Below are positions 31,165-43,830 of a stretch of 64,000 nt of DNA, one piece after another. Source of the DNA: Utricularia gibba (lineage: Eukaryota > Plantae > Magnoliophyta); the NCBI GenBank assembly GCA_002189035.1, contig NEEC01000020.1:1054001-1118000 (forward strand), written 5' to 3'. Below the pieces are notes generated by a model. The model did not search any database, was not told the DNA's origin, and worked only from the letters and a program-made list of their open reading frames with translations. The position numbers were made by a program, and so were the translations under genes. Every line of letters starts with the position of its first letter. Position 1 is the first letter of the stretch.

Positions 31165-34100
31165 CTCCACTGTGCTTTCGATAACCCGTCTATCTTAGGG
31201 AAACACACCTGCAATAGATGCAAATTCTCCCATGTAGACTCTACTGATGAGTAACCCTTCCAATGCACTAAGACTTCAGGATGATCAGCTCCCCTAGCCT
31301 CTAGGATAGCTTGGGGTGTCACGTCCAAGACTTGGGTGGTGATCTTTAAGGGGGTCTCATCTGCCATTGGAATCTTGTGACATAGTTTTAATCGAGAGAC
31401 ATGGAAGATCGGGTGGATGTGGGTTCTTGGAGGGAGAGCAGCCTCATATGTCAACTCCCCAATTTTTAGATTAACATGGAAAGAACCTAGAAATCTAGGG
31501 TGTAATTTGGAGTACTTCACACCAGTGAGTGCACTATATTGTGTTGGGTGAACCTTAACCCATACTTGATCGTTCTCTTCATACGAGAGTGGCCGATGTT
31601 TTTGGTTGTAATACTTGGCCATAATTTGCTAACTTGAATGTAATTGTTCCCTTGCAAGTTTCAATACTTCATCTCTATTGCATAGCTTCATATCCAAAGT
31701 GCCAGCCCATGCATGTCCATCATAATGAAGTAAGGAAGGTGAACTATGACCGTATACTAACTCAAAAGGAGTCATACCAATTGAAGTGTGATAAGTGGTG
31801 TTGTAAATGTCCTCGGTCCAGGCTAACCAATCACCCCAATGATTAGGACTGTTGCTTGTGAAGCATCTTAAACAGGTCTCTAATATTTTGTTAAAAACTT
31901 CAGTCTGCCCATCAGCTTGAAGGTGGTAGGCTGTGGTGAAATGTAAATTGGAACCAGATAATTTGAAGAGTTCTTTCCAAAATAGACTAGTAAATGTAGA
32001 GTCACAGTCATTGAGAATGGTTTCATGAATGCCATGCAAGCGTATCACTTCTTCAAAAAATATCCGAGCTATTGTAACCATGGTATAAGGATGCGATAGA
32101 GCAAAGAAATGGGCATACTTAGATAAGCGATCAACCACTACTAGGATTACATTCTTACCCTTCAAAAAAGGTAAGCCCTCCACAAAGTCCATAGATATAT
32201 TAGACCATATGCGCTTAGGAATATTCAGAAAATGTAAGAGGCCTCCCAATTGTAGTTGTTCACTCTTGCTTGCTCTAACATATACAGTAGTTTCGCACAT
32301 ACTCCTGTACTTGGGAATCTATTCCCGTCCAGAAAAAATTCTGCTAGAGAAGTTTAAGCACTTTAGCCACCCCTTCATGGTTATTGCCATGCACTAGCTC
32401 TAAGATGTGCGCTATGCTTGCTTAGTCTGAAGGCAAATAAATCCGATTCTTATGATAGATCAAGCCATTTTTTTCACTCCAATTTTTACCCTTGCCATCA
32501 TCCTGTATTTTATGATGTAGCTATTGAAGTGCAGTTGTTGCAGCTATCTCTTCCCTAAGTTGGTTGAATAATTGTAGGTGAGGTGTCGTGATGGCTGTCA
32601 CCGTCAATTCCTCACCGTGTCTTTGAGAGAAGGCATCCACGGTAGCATTATTGAAACCCCTTTTATATTCAATTATGTAGTTGTATCCCATGATTTTGCT
32701 AATCCATTTTTATTGGAAGGAGGTGCAGATCTTTTGTTGTAGTAAATATTGAAGGCTCCTATGATTAGTCTTTACTTGAAATGGCCTACCCCACAAATAC
32801 CCTCACCAATGTTTGACTACATAGATCAAGAAGAGGTGTTCCTTTTTATAGGTAGCCAAAGATCAATGTCTATCAACCAATAACCACCTGAAGTAGGCGA
32901 TTGGGTGCTACTCCTGATGCAACACTGCACCAATTCCTTGTTATGATGCTTCGTACTCAACCACAAATATCTTGTCAAAATCAAGGGATGAGAGTATCAA
33001 TGCTTTAGTCAAGGCTATTTTGAGATCATCAAACACTTTCTTAGCTGTTGATTTCCAATGAAAGTTATCCCTTTTTAGCATAGTAGTTAGAGGAGACAAA
33101 ATGTTGCTGAAATGGGGTACAAACCTCTTGAAGTAACTTGTCAACCTTGAGAATCCCCTCATTTCCCTTAAATTACTTGGCTTTTCCAAAGATGTCACAT
33201 CATCAATCTTTTTCTCGTTTGTCGAAATTCCTTCCCTACCAATACGGTGCCCCAGATATTCTACATTCTCTTGCACAAATAAGCATTTAGAGCCCTTGAA
33301 AAATAGCTGGTTTTCCTACAAGATTTGGAAGATTAGATGGAGGTGTTGTAGATGCTCTTCTAAGCTGGAACTGTAAATCAAGATATCATCAAAAAAGACT
33401 AGTGCAAACTTTTGAAAATAAGGTTTAAACATAGACTTCATAAGATTTTTCAAGCCAAATGGCATCACTAGAAACTCATACATCCCCTGGGAAGTCTGAA
33501 AAGCAGTTTTAGGGATAGACTCCTCATGCACGCGAGTCTCATGGTAACATGATCTTAGATCTAATTTTGAAAAAATCTGCACCCTATGTAACTCTCCTAT
33601 AAATTCTTCTAATGTTGGAATGGAGAACTGATATTTTATTGTGATGGCATTCAATGCTTTGTAATCCATACACAAATGCCATCCTCCATCCTTCTTCGAA
33701 ACAAGAAGGACTGAGGCCGAGAATGGGGAGGTGATGTTCTGTATCCATCCCTTGGCTAACAATTCTTGTACCTAATTTTCGATTTCTGTTCTTTGTTTCT
33801 GTGAGTACCAGTATGGTTTCCTAGCTGTCAGATTGGCTTCAATGATCAAGTGAATTTCATGATCATAGAAATGCTTGAGCAGTAATCCTATTGGTTCTTC
33901 AAAAATCAATTAGTGTTGCTCAATCAACCCTTCCATTAATTGGCTCCAGAAGCTGGAGCTAACTATTGTTGCAACTCTGAGTTGCCTTGTAGGTTGATTG
34001 CTCTGAGTCTGGAAACCCTGAATTTTATGTTATTGGTCTTGAATTGAAAATGTCATCTCTTGTTGTTCGAAATCCCATGTCATCGGACCTATCATTTTGA

Positions 34101-35409
34101 GCCAATCACAACCTAGTATTATGGAACCAACCAATGTTAATAAAAGGAGGATGGTAGTGAACACATAATTTCGAATCCGTAGTGAAACTTTTTCATAAAG
34201 ATCAGGGCAATGGGGAGATTCCCTGTGTGCTACCATAGCCCTCATTCTTTTCCTGTGAGAAATGGGTAGCCTTAACTTCTATGCCACATTTTCCTGCAAA
34301 AAACTATGGGTACTCTCTAAGTCTATCAAGAAAACAAGGGGATGGTCCCCTATGCTAACCTAGTGAGAGCATTAAGGGAAACTCGAATTTCTTCCTTTGC
34401 TTCACCGTCACTTTCCGTGAACTCAATTAAGAAAAGTTTCTCGCATTTATCTCATGGAACAAATCTTTCATTGCAATGGAAATAGAGGTTTTTAGCCTTC
34501 CTCTCCTCAAACTCCTTCTCAGGTAGACACTTAATGGGAGGGGTGGACCCTTTACTTTCATAAGATCGTTTTTCGTCAAATTGACCTTTCTTTGCCTCTA
34601 GGTTTTCTCTTCGTCTCCTGGTGCCTCCCTCTGCTTTTTCAACCATCATCATTGATACTAAGTTGCCAATTTTGCCTTCACATAACATGGTTGCAAGAAT
34701 CATGGCATTCGTTGTGGTTAGGGGGTTTTGCAATTTGAGCAGCGTTGAGATTTGTGACAATAGACCACCTAGATAAATCAGCATTTCATGTTCCGGGTGT
34801 AGGTTCTCTATGCTGAGGGGAATCTCCTCAAAACGCTGATTACAGTCCTCCAAATCTTTATACATCCTCAAGTGAGACAATCGTTTGGCTGAACCTCGAT
34901 GGCGTGGGCCAAATCTTAAGTTATACTGCTATTTGAAGCTAGTCCAGATCAAGCTCAGGTTGTTCCTCTTGAGCTTCATAAACCTGCTTTGTGTCTCTCC
35001 TTCTAATTATGCTGCCACTACTCGTAGCTTATTGTCTTTTGATGTCTGGTGGTACTCAAAGACGTGTTCACATCGGTTAATCCATCCTAGAGGGTCGAGC
35101 GTTCCATTGTACTTAGAAATCTCTAACTTCATTGTTTTAGCAGTAGTCTTTGTCGTTCCCGATGTTGCCTCAGAACATCATACCAGTTGCTGCTTGTTTT
35201 GCTTCAAAACAGTCATTAATTCTTCCATCTATGGAATCGAAAGTGGCTCTGATACTAAGTTGTTGGGTTTTTGAATGGGTTACTAGTCGAGAAGAATAAG
35301 AAAAAAGTGGGAATTCATCTGGATTATCCAAGATGGGAGGGGAGGTTACAAGCTTCTTCTTTCTATCTATGTTGAAAGAAGGAAATAAGTCTGTAATTTT
35401 CTTAAAGAT

Positions 35410-38400
35410 GTTAAGAAAGAGAGAACGTGAGCCAAACCCATGCCTTAGGTTGTCAAATCCATCAGATCTGCACCGGGACCACCATTCATCTTCCGATGGC
35501 CTGATCTAGAGGGGTCTCACCGGGGTGAGACATTGGGAGGGTAGAAATAGGACACCCGAACCCTATTGAAAGGCATTACCTTACATCCACCAAACTTTTT
35601 TCGTTACCATGTTTCCAAATAACAAGGGGGGTAGCAAAGCTTCGTCACTACTTTGCTAAATGTGGGATGCTGGTAGACGTGTAAGTAAGCACTTTGGTTT
35701 CCTGAGGTTCAGCAAACATGACAAGGCTCAACAGCGGAAGACTGCATTAGGGAGACACCATTTAGAGGTGATCCCTCTTTAGTTGTGTGCCGGTATTGGT
35801 CTGGGAGAGACAACATACAGCACAAAGAGGCTGAGACGAGAGTGCTTCACCCTCAGAGGGTTCAACCTCTGTCGATAGGGAGGGATTTCGCACCCCCAAC
35901 TGGTCAAGTGGGGCAGAGGGCATGACTGATGTCACAAGTACCGAGACTAGTCAGCATTACCAACTAAAGGAAAAAAAAGACCAAAGATAGACTCCTATTC
36001 CTCTAGTGGAAGCATTAGAAGCCAAGACCTGGGTAGCAAGAAGTGCCATTGGTGAGGTTAAACAACTCTATGCATTCTTCACATTTAGAATCATGCTAGC
36101 GGAGGCATGTTTTCTGGGAATATGAGTGTTGAGTATGAGAGGCCCTCATTTCTTGTTGGAATTCAGGGACTTAAACCAAATGCACAGAGCCATTTTGACA
36201 GACAATCAATGGTTCACGAAACATTTTTATTAGATTAAGTCGTTATACATGGTTGAAGATTTAGGGAATACCGCTAGAGGTGTGATCAGAAGACAATTTT
36301 AGAAAGATAGCACAAGAATGGGGGACAACAATTGCAATTGGGGAAACCACACTAAACTGTCGCCAAATCGATTTCGGGGGTGTTCTGCTATGTACGAAAG
36401 TGAGGAGAGAGATCTGTGACCTTTTCTGGATTGAATGGAAAGGCAAAAACCAACAAATATGGGTCTCTAAGATGGATGACTCACACCTGGCTTGTGACAT
36501 GTAGACAATGTGAAGCAATGGCGTGAGCTGGAGCGCTGTGGATGACTACGTTTTAGAAAGCAAGGCTAAATCAAAGGACAACGAAGTAGGGGCTAATGAG
36601 CAGCCCAACCAAGATTTCCAACTACAAATGAAGCATCTTGAGCCCAAGGTGCAAACATCTTTCAAGAGTGATGAGCCAACCGCAAGACTCCAAGAGAAGC
36701 TTCGTAACATCAAGATTCTTAACAGGCCTGAACAAAATCGTACTGAACCAGTGGAGCAGTCTAAATCATCAAGGGAGAACAATTAACCATAGGATGAGGA
36801 GGCAATATTGTTGGCTGGACATCTTGGCATCATTTTCCAGCACGATGACGCTTAGGATGCACTTGTCTATCCATGACGACTGTAGTCAGTGTAAAAAGCC
36901 GACATGGTGTTCCTGCAAGAAACAATGTCAGCCGGTTTAGATCAATGCTCTTTGAGGAGTATTTTGGGGTCCTCTAATTGTGGTTATTCTTGTAGCCTAC
37001 TCACGGATGCTTGGGTGGTTTGGCATGAATCTGGAATGAAGAGACAATTGAGGTAGTAGATTCTATGGTATATGAGAGAGCTATCATCTTAAGAGTTAAA
37101 ATAGGGATATTGCTAACCACTACCCAATAATGCTCAAAATAGAGTGGGTTGACGATGGGCTAAAACCTTTTATATTCAACAATGGGTGGCTGAAGCATAA
37201 GGACTTGAAGGAGGTCGTTCGAAACAACTGGATGCAGACTCTTCATCACCACTCTGATGGATGCACCCTATGGTTCAAGTTAAGATGGCTAAAGCACGAA
37301 CTCAAGGTATGGAATGCAACCCATGGCAACCATAGAGTGCAAATTTAAGCTACTGGCCACGAAGGTAGAGAGATGGGAACATGACATAGAGAATCGTCTT
37401 TTAACGGATGAGGAGCTGAGGATGGGGGTAGCACTTCGATCTCGATGGCTGGACATGAGTTAAGAGTATGATGTGCACTACCAAACACAATCCCGCAACC
37501 GGTGGTTAAATGGATCTCTAAAGCCATCCACATGAAAACCGAAGCATCAAATTATTTTCGAGCAGCATTCCACAAAGCCTCTTCGCAGTGCTATGAAGTA
37601 GACTAGGTAGACATACCTCAACTCCAATCCATTGAGAATGCAATCTTAGAACAACCGTTCCTAGAGGAAGAAATCGAGGAGGGTTTGGTTGATTGTGGGA
37701 AGGAAAAATGCCTTGGCCCTAATGGCTTTACGTCGGAATTTTTTGTGACCTTCTAGGACACGATTGGCTCAAAGGTCGTCTCATGCATACGTAGATTCGA
37801 GGTGATAGTAGATCTCGGTGTGGTGGCTAATGCCACATTCATCAGTCTTATCCTCAAAAAGAGGAGTCCATAGCATCTGGGAGAATATAGGCCGATCAGC
37901 CTAGTTACCAGTCAATATAAGATCCTAGCGAAGCTGCTCTCAAATAGGCTACGACAGGTGATATAGGGTGTGATAAGTGAGGAGAAGATGACTTTCTTAA
38001 AGGGGCGGAACATTCTTGATAGTATGCTCATAGTGGATGAAATTGTGGCAGCCGCTAGATGCAGGGAGAGACACATTGCAACCATGAAAATTGATTTTCA
38101 GAAGACCTATAATAGTGTTGATTGGGATTTCTTGTTTATGATGATGAGATTATAGGGTTTTGATAAAAGATGCATTAGGTGGATCAAGGCATGCATAACT
38201 ATGACATCCCTATCAGTCCTGGTAAATGGCTCAACTTCAGCCCTAGTCTATAAGCAATGGGATTTCTTATATATCTCTTTCTGATAGTGGTTGAAGGGCT
38301 GAGTTACATGATTCGTAAAGCCCATGATTCACAATTAATTAAGGGGTTCAGGGTGGGATGGGGTAGAGTTCTAGGGATCAATGTAATCCAGGTATCCATC

Positions 38401-41400
38401 ACCCAAATGACGAGTCAATTCGGATGTGTGATATAGGAAGGATTGGGCCAATCAGCCCAATCCACTTGGCATCCCAACACCTCAATTATTTCTACGAGAA
38501 TTAGAGCAGGAGGGAGCAGTTTTCGATTGATGCAAATTTGAAGGTAATTCCTTGTTCCAAAGGCTACAGTGACAAGGTTTTGCGAAAACCTCTATTCACA
38601 AGTCTAGTTTTGTTTCTTGTAAGTACCCTGCAGGTTGTGACTAGAGAGGCTGTGACCTCTTGTGGTTTCTATGTCTGTTCGCTGTGATTTATGTGACCTT
38701 GTGGGCTTTCTAGTTTGACCTCTTGTTAATTTGTTGTTCTTATTTTGAGAAGTGGAGGTTGTGACCTCTAAGATAATTCCCTTTTAAATTACTATGTGGT
38801 GATTTGCTCTAGTTATTTGTGGTTCTTGATTAGTTACTGGCTTATAACAAGCATTGAAAAGCTTCTTTAGAACTTTTTGTCATAAATCTACATTAGTTTG
38901 GCACTAGAGAAAGGGTAGGATACATATGGCAGGACGTGGAGGATGAGGTTTTGCACACCCAATGCAATCGATGAACCAAAATTCCTCCTCTGTGGAACAA
39001 CGTATGGAGGCCATAGAGCGTCGAATGAAGCAACTCATGTAAAGAATGGAGTGTTTACTTTCCCAACAGAATCCCACAGCATAATGGACCTTGACTCGCA
39101 GCGAGTTTGAGTCTCTGATGGGTTTTCACAATGAAATGAATAGAGGGCATGGACTTTGATTGGGCACCCCAAATATTGACACTGATCAATGATGGGAGGC
39201 TGGATTCAAAATTGAGTTATCGGAATTTCACAGAACCCTACGTGTTGAAGAGTTTTTAGATTGGATTGCTACGGTGGATGAGGCTTTGGGATTCAAGGCA
39301 GTTCTTGAGAATCGTAGAGTGAGCTTGGTGGCCACAAGGTTTCGTGATCGTGGATCTACTTGGTGGCAACAGAAGAAAGTGACCAGAAGTTGGATGGGTT
39401 AATCGAAGATTACCTCTTGGGAGAATCTGAAGAAAAATCTTCATGCTGAGTTTCTTCCCTATATGTATCAGAGAACCCTTTTCCTACAACTTCAAAGCTT
39501 GAGGCAAGGTTCAAAAACTATTGAGGAACATACTTCATATTTATATCAGTTGATTTCACGAGCGGATTTATAGGAAACGGATGAACAATTGTTGGGGCGT
39601 TATATGGCTAGTTTGAGGTCATTAATACTTGAAGTTTTAAGTATGTTTGATTCATTAACTGTAGTTGAAACATTTTAGAAAGCATTACTAATAGAGAAAC
39701 AAGGTAAAAGAGGAGACAAAGGAGATGGTGCTAGTGTTATGAGTGCTCCTAATGTTAAGGAGTCAATTCCACCCTCATCTAAGACGAGATTTGAGATAGC
39801 AAACCAGAAACCAACCACTGGGGTGAAGTGCTTCTCATGTGGTGAAATCGGTCATAAGAGTACTAAGTGTAGGAGAGTGGGGAAATGAAACATGTATATG
39901 GATCCTGAAAATTCAGATGAAGAGAACAAGGATGCTTGCCTCGAGGACTTACTTGAAGACTTTGCCCCTGAGGTACTTGTTAATGGGGATGTTGGACAGG
40001 CTTTAGTTACGAGAAGGATGTGTCTAGCTCCTGCAGTGGAATCTGACACCTCGTGGCTATGGAATAATATTTTTCAGTCAAGTTATACCATTAGAGACAA
40101 GGTGTGCAAGCTTATGATTGATGTAGGGAGTTGTGACAACTTCATTTCAGAAGACACTATAAAGAAGCTAGCATTGAAGACATAAGCTCATACAAAACCA
40201 TATCAACTTGGATGGATTGATAAAGGGGTGTTTTCCAAGTCTCAAAAAGAACTCAGGTCAACTTCTCTATTGGGAAACTCTATAAGGATAAGGTGTAGTG
40301 TGACATTGTGAAAATAGATGCTTGTCATTTACTCCTAGGAAGGCCGTGGCAATATGACCGCCACATGTATCATGATGGACATGCCAACACTTATCCCTTT
40401 GATTTTGATGGATCATAAATCATACTATTACCATCCAAACCTTCAGGGAGTGACTTGAAGGTTTCTGTCAACCTTCTTTTGGGTATGCATCTAGAATCTG
40501 AGATCGGACAGCAAATGGCCTTCTTGATTGTAGAGAAACCTTAATAGCAAGATGCTCAAGATTACTCAGCATATGTTCAAGAGATTTTGAAGGAGTTTTT
40601 AGCAGTATTTCCTGATGACATACCACTAAAACTATTATCTTTACGTGATATTAAACATCAGATTGACCTTATTTCTAGAGCTTCCTTTTTGAACAAGGCT
40701 CATTACAGAATGAGCCCTAGAGAACATGATGAAATGAGGCAACAAGTTGAGGAGCTCGTGTCTAAAGGACACATCAAAGAAAGTTTAAGTCTATGCATCA
40801 TACCAGCAATACTCGTAACCAAAAAAGGGGGAGCATGGTGTATGTGTGTGGATAGTCGTGACATCAATAAAATCACCATGAGATATCGACTTCCCATCTT
40901 GAGATTAGATTATTTACTCGATCAAATTCACAGTGCCTCTATTTCAACAAGCTCGATTTAAAAAGTGGGTACAATCAGATTCATATCTGACCGGGGGACA
41001 AGTGGAAAACGGCATTCAAGACTCGAGAAGGCCTATATGAGTGGTTTGTTATGCCATTCAGACTATCTAATACTCCTAGCATGTTCATGAGAGTCATGAT
41101 CCAACTACTATGCCCCTTTATCGGACGTTGCGCTGTGGTTTATTTCGATCTACAACCATGGCAAAGATGCTCACACCAAGGATGTGAGGGATATACTCCA
41201 AACGCTATGGGCAACGTGCTTCTTTGCAACTCCTACTAAGCATATTTTCTTCACTGATCATGTGATATTTTTGGGGTTTATTATTTCAAGGGATGGACTC
41301 AAAGTTGATCCCGTAAAGGCGCAAGAAATTGAAGCATGGCCAACCCCCACATCTCTACATGAAGTAAGGAGTTTTCATGGTCTTGCCTCATTTTATTGGA

Positions 41401-42474
41401 GATTCATTCCTCATTTCAACACAAAGTTGACCCCTATTACAGAGTTCCTTAAGGAAGGAAACTTCAAATGGAATTCAGTGGCAGAGCAATCATTTTCGCA
41501 CATTAAAGACTGTTGGATGCACCCTAAAAAATGTTTTTGTGGATTTCTGTGGTAATGGCATTCCCGCAGATCCTCTCTCTACTCAGTGAAATAGGAGCTC
41601 CTCCAAACTGCCATGGCACTCTGGTTCCAGGCTATACAACAAGAATCATAGTTGGGCTCTTTTTTTTCAATACAATAACGGATCACCTTGCAGGCTGGAG
41701 ATGAAGTCATATATCCTAGGGAGATGGTGAAGACATTGTTACATTTAGCTTGTAGAGACAAGCTTTCATGGTAAAGCTCGCCAAGGAAATCCTATGCCCA
41801 AGATCACCCCAACGCTCATGGAACCTATTCACAACTATTTGTGGAATGGTTCCACTAAAAATCATAATTTTTGTGTGGCAAGCTAACATGAACAGTTTGC
41901 CTACGGGGGACAATCTGATGGCGAAAAGAACACAAGTAGTGATAGACAAATGAGCTTGGTATGAATAGAGCCTGGAAACAAAGGATCACCTCATGTTTAC
42001 ATGCATCTTTGCACAATGCCTATGGAGATGTATATTAGACTGGTGGCACCTCGACAGATCTGCTATATCTCTCTCCACATGACACACTCTAGTCAGAGAA
42101 AGGCAAACAAGCGTGGTGTTCTATAGTTGCATCTGTGATGAGGCATATATGGCAACTTCACAACAAGAAGCATTTCAATGAACAACGCGACGAACCCATG
42201 GGAACAGTGGAAGTGGCTGCCAAGAGTCCATATCTTGTACAAAGTGAAGTCATGACATGGTTGCAAACAAGAGGAAACCTCAAAATGGTCCCCATCCATG
42301 ACTGGTTGAGGGAATCAATCTTGGCGATGGAAAGAACTCCTCCTCAAGATCCAATGGGCATCGGCTAATAGAGACTAAGCTAGGGAAATGTGTCACAGAA
42401 TAATGGTGAAACGGAACGTTTTTTGTAATCTTCCGATTCATAATTATAAGATAAGGTGAATCTTCAAAAAAAAA
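35410..42474 (+). mobile_element. L1-type LINE, decayed, inserted in the 5' LTR of element A
   Basis: ORF1 RRM-like FFVTMFP...FGFLRF (35595-35715); ORF2 KPFIFNNGWLKH (37160), CGKEKCLGPNGF (37700), YRPISLVTSQYKILAKLLSNRL and MKIDFQKTYNSVDW (RT, 37880-38150); zf-RVT VPLKIIIFVWQANMNSLPTGDNL (41850-41920); ends in ttcA9 at 42466-42474. Confidence 0.88.
38382..41505 (+). mobile_element. 3'-truncated Ty3/gypsy element B (CRM-like), nested in the LINE
   Basis: Putative LTR 38382..38892 (TGTAATCC...CTACA) and PBS-like tggcactagag at 38899. Gag EFHRTLRVEEFLDW...TWWQQ, zinc knuckle CFSCGEIGHKSTKC, protease NIFQSSYTIRDKVCKLMIDVGSCDNFIS and RT (40587-41500). Integrase and 3' LTR are missing. Confidence 0.85.
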
Positions 42475-43830
42475 TTATTGTTTGGATGCCTACATATTTA
42501 TCATCCCTTCAAAAAGTAACTTCAGACCCAACAGCTAGGTTGAGTGCTGCTTCCTTCTTCGAGTGTAGACCTCATCTTCTAGGCAGTCTTGATTGTTTAT
42601 ATTGTCTACTTTCTCATGTACTGTCAACTTTGCTGGATTGTTGGGCTGCACATTGCCTCTCCTATTTCTTATTCATGGTCCTCGCTATTCCTGGTTGGAG
42701 TCAGAGTGATGTGGATACTATCATGGCCACTAGTATTCATTACATCCTTCTCCCTTCAAGTTATAAAGGATACGTGAAAGCCTCACTATGGTGTTTGAAG
42801 GACTCCGAAAGTTCAATGGTGAGGGGAACTATTGCCAGCATCTCTGCCCATTTGATATCCAAATGGACACAACATTAATGATCCCATTAGCTACCATCTC
42901 ATTTGATGTCATCTTTCAAACAAGAATTGTTTACAAATCGAATATTTGGTTTTTAATGAAACAATCTTTTAAAAAAATAAAGTTGCTCCTCAAAGAATCA
43001 ATATTCCTGCAATTCAATCTATGAAAATGATGCATACTTATAGAGCAATAAGAAAATGAAATTAATAAATCACATTAAATATTATAAGAAAAATTTGATA
43101 ATTTTAATATTCTTCAAGAATTGAAATTAGAAGCATTACTCTCAAAATATATTATAACTATAATTATTTATTAATTAGAGTGAGATATTTTTTATATAGT
43201 TAGATAAATATATCTATTGAAAGAAAACTATTAATAATCAAGTAGAAAAATATGCTTCAACTTTACCTTTCTCTTTAATCCATTTTAAAAAAGATAACTC
43301 ATTGTCATTTTCTTCATAGGTTTGTGAATTAAGCCACAATCTTTTTAAAATCTCTTAATTCTTTCTTATTCTTGATCCAATAATTAACCCAAGTAAAATT
43401 ATTGAAAGATTGGTGGTCTTCTTTCTATTATATTTTTTATCTTCTCTATGTTATCCAATTTTTCTGTGTGAATTTTGGCAAGGCATGGAAAATATTATCC
43501 TTCACAAATGTGGGGAAAACCAGAAGCTTGAGTAATTATTCCTAAACCTGCGGTAAGTAATAACACCTATCAATGACAAGCTTCAAGTTATTTTCATATC
43601 CCAACTACGAATGTGCTTCCAGTTTAATGCCAACTTTACTAATCCAGAACAAAACGGGTTGGATAATATGATACGAAATCGTGTTTATTTTCTAATATTT
43701 AGCGTTGCGGGCAGCTAATTTATGAGTGGTTCATAAGCTTACGAGGAGCCTTACCGCATACAGAACTAATTTATTATATATTACAACACTCCCGAGACTC
43801 AGACAGAGGAAGATCCCAACTCAGTGAGCC

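Larger units (their letters stand above)
30733..42744 (-). mobile_element. Decayed Ty3/gypsy chromovirus (element A) whose 5' LTR is split by a nested LINE
   Basis: TG...CA ends with exact 5-bp TSD TCCTT (30728-30732 and 42745-42749). 3' LTR 30733..31164; 5' LTR in two pieces, 35261..35409 and 42475..42744; tRNA-Met PBS remnant 35245..35257. Minus-strand gag (34452-34880), protease (34030-34245), RT (33316-33762, FALVFFDDILIYS), RNase H (32941-33276), integrase (31629-32300) and chromodomain (EVLVHWKGYSSVESTWE, 31200-31290). Confidence 0.92.
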
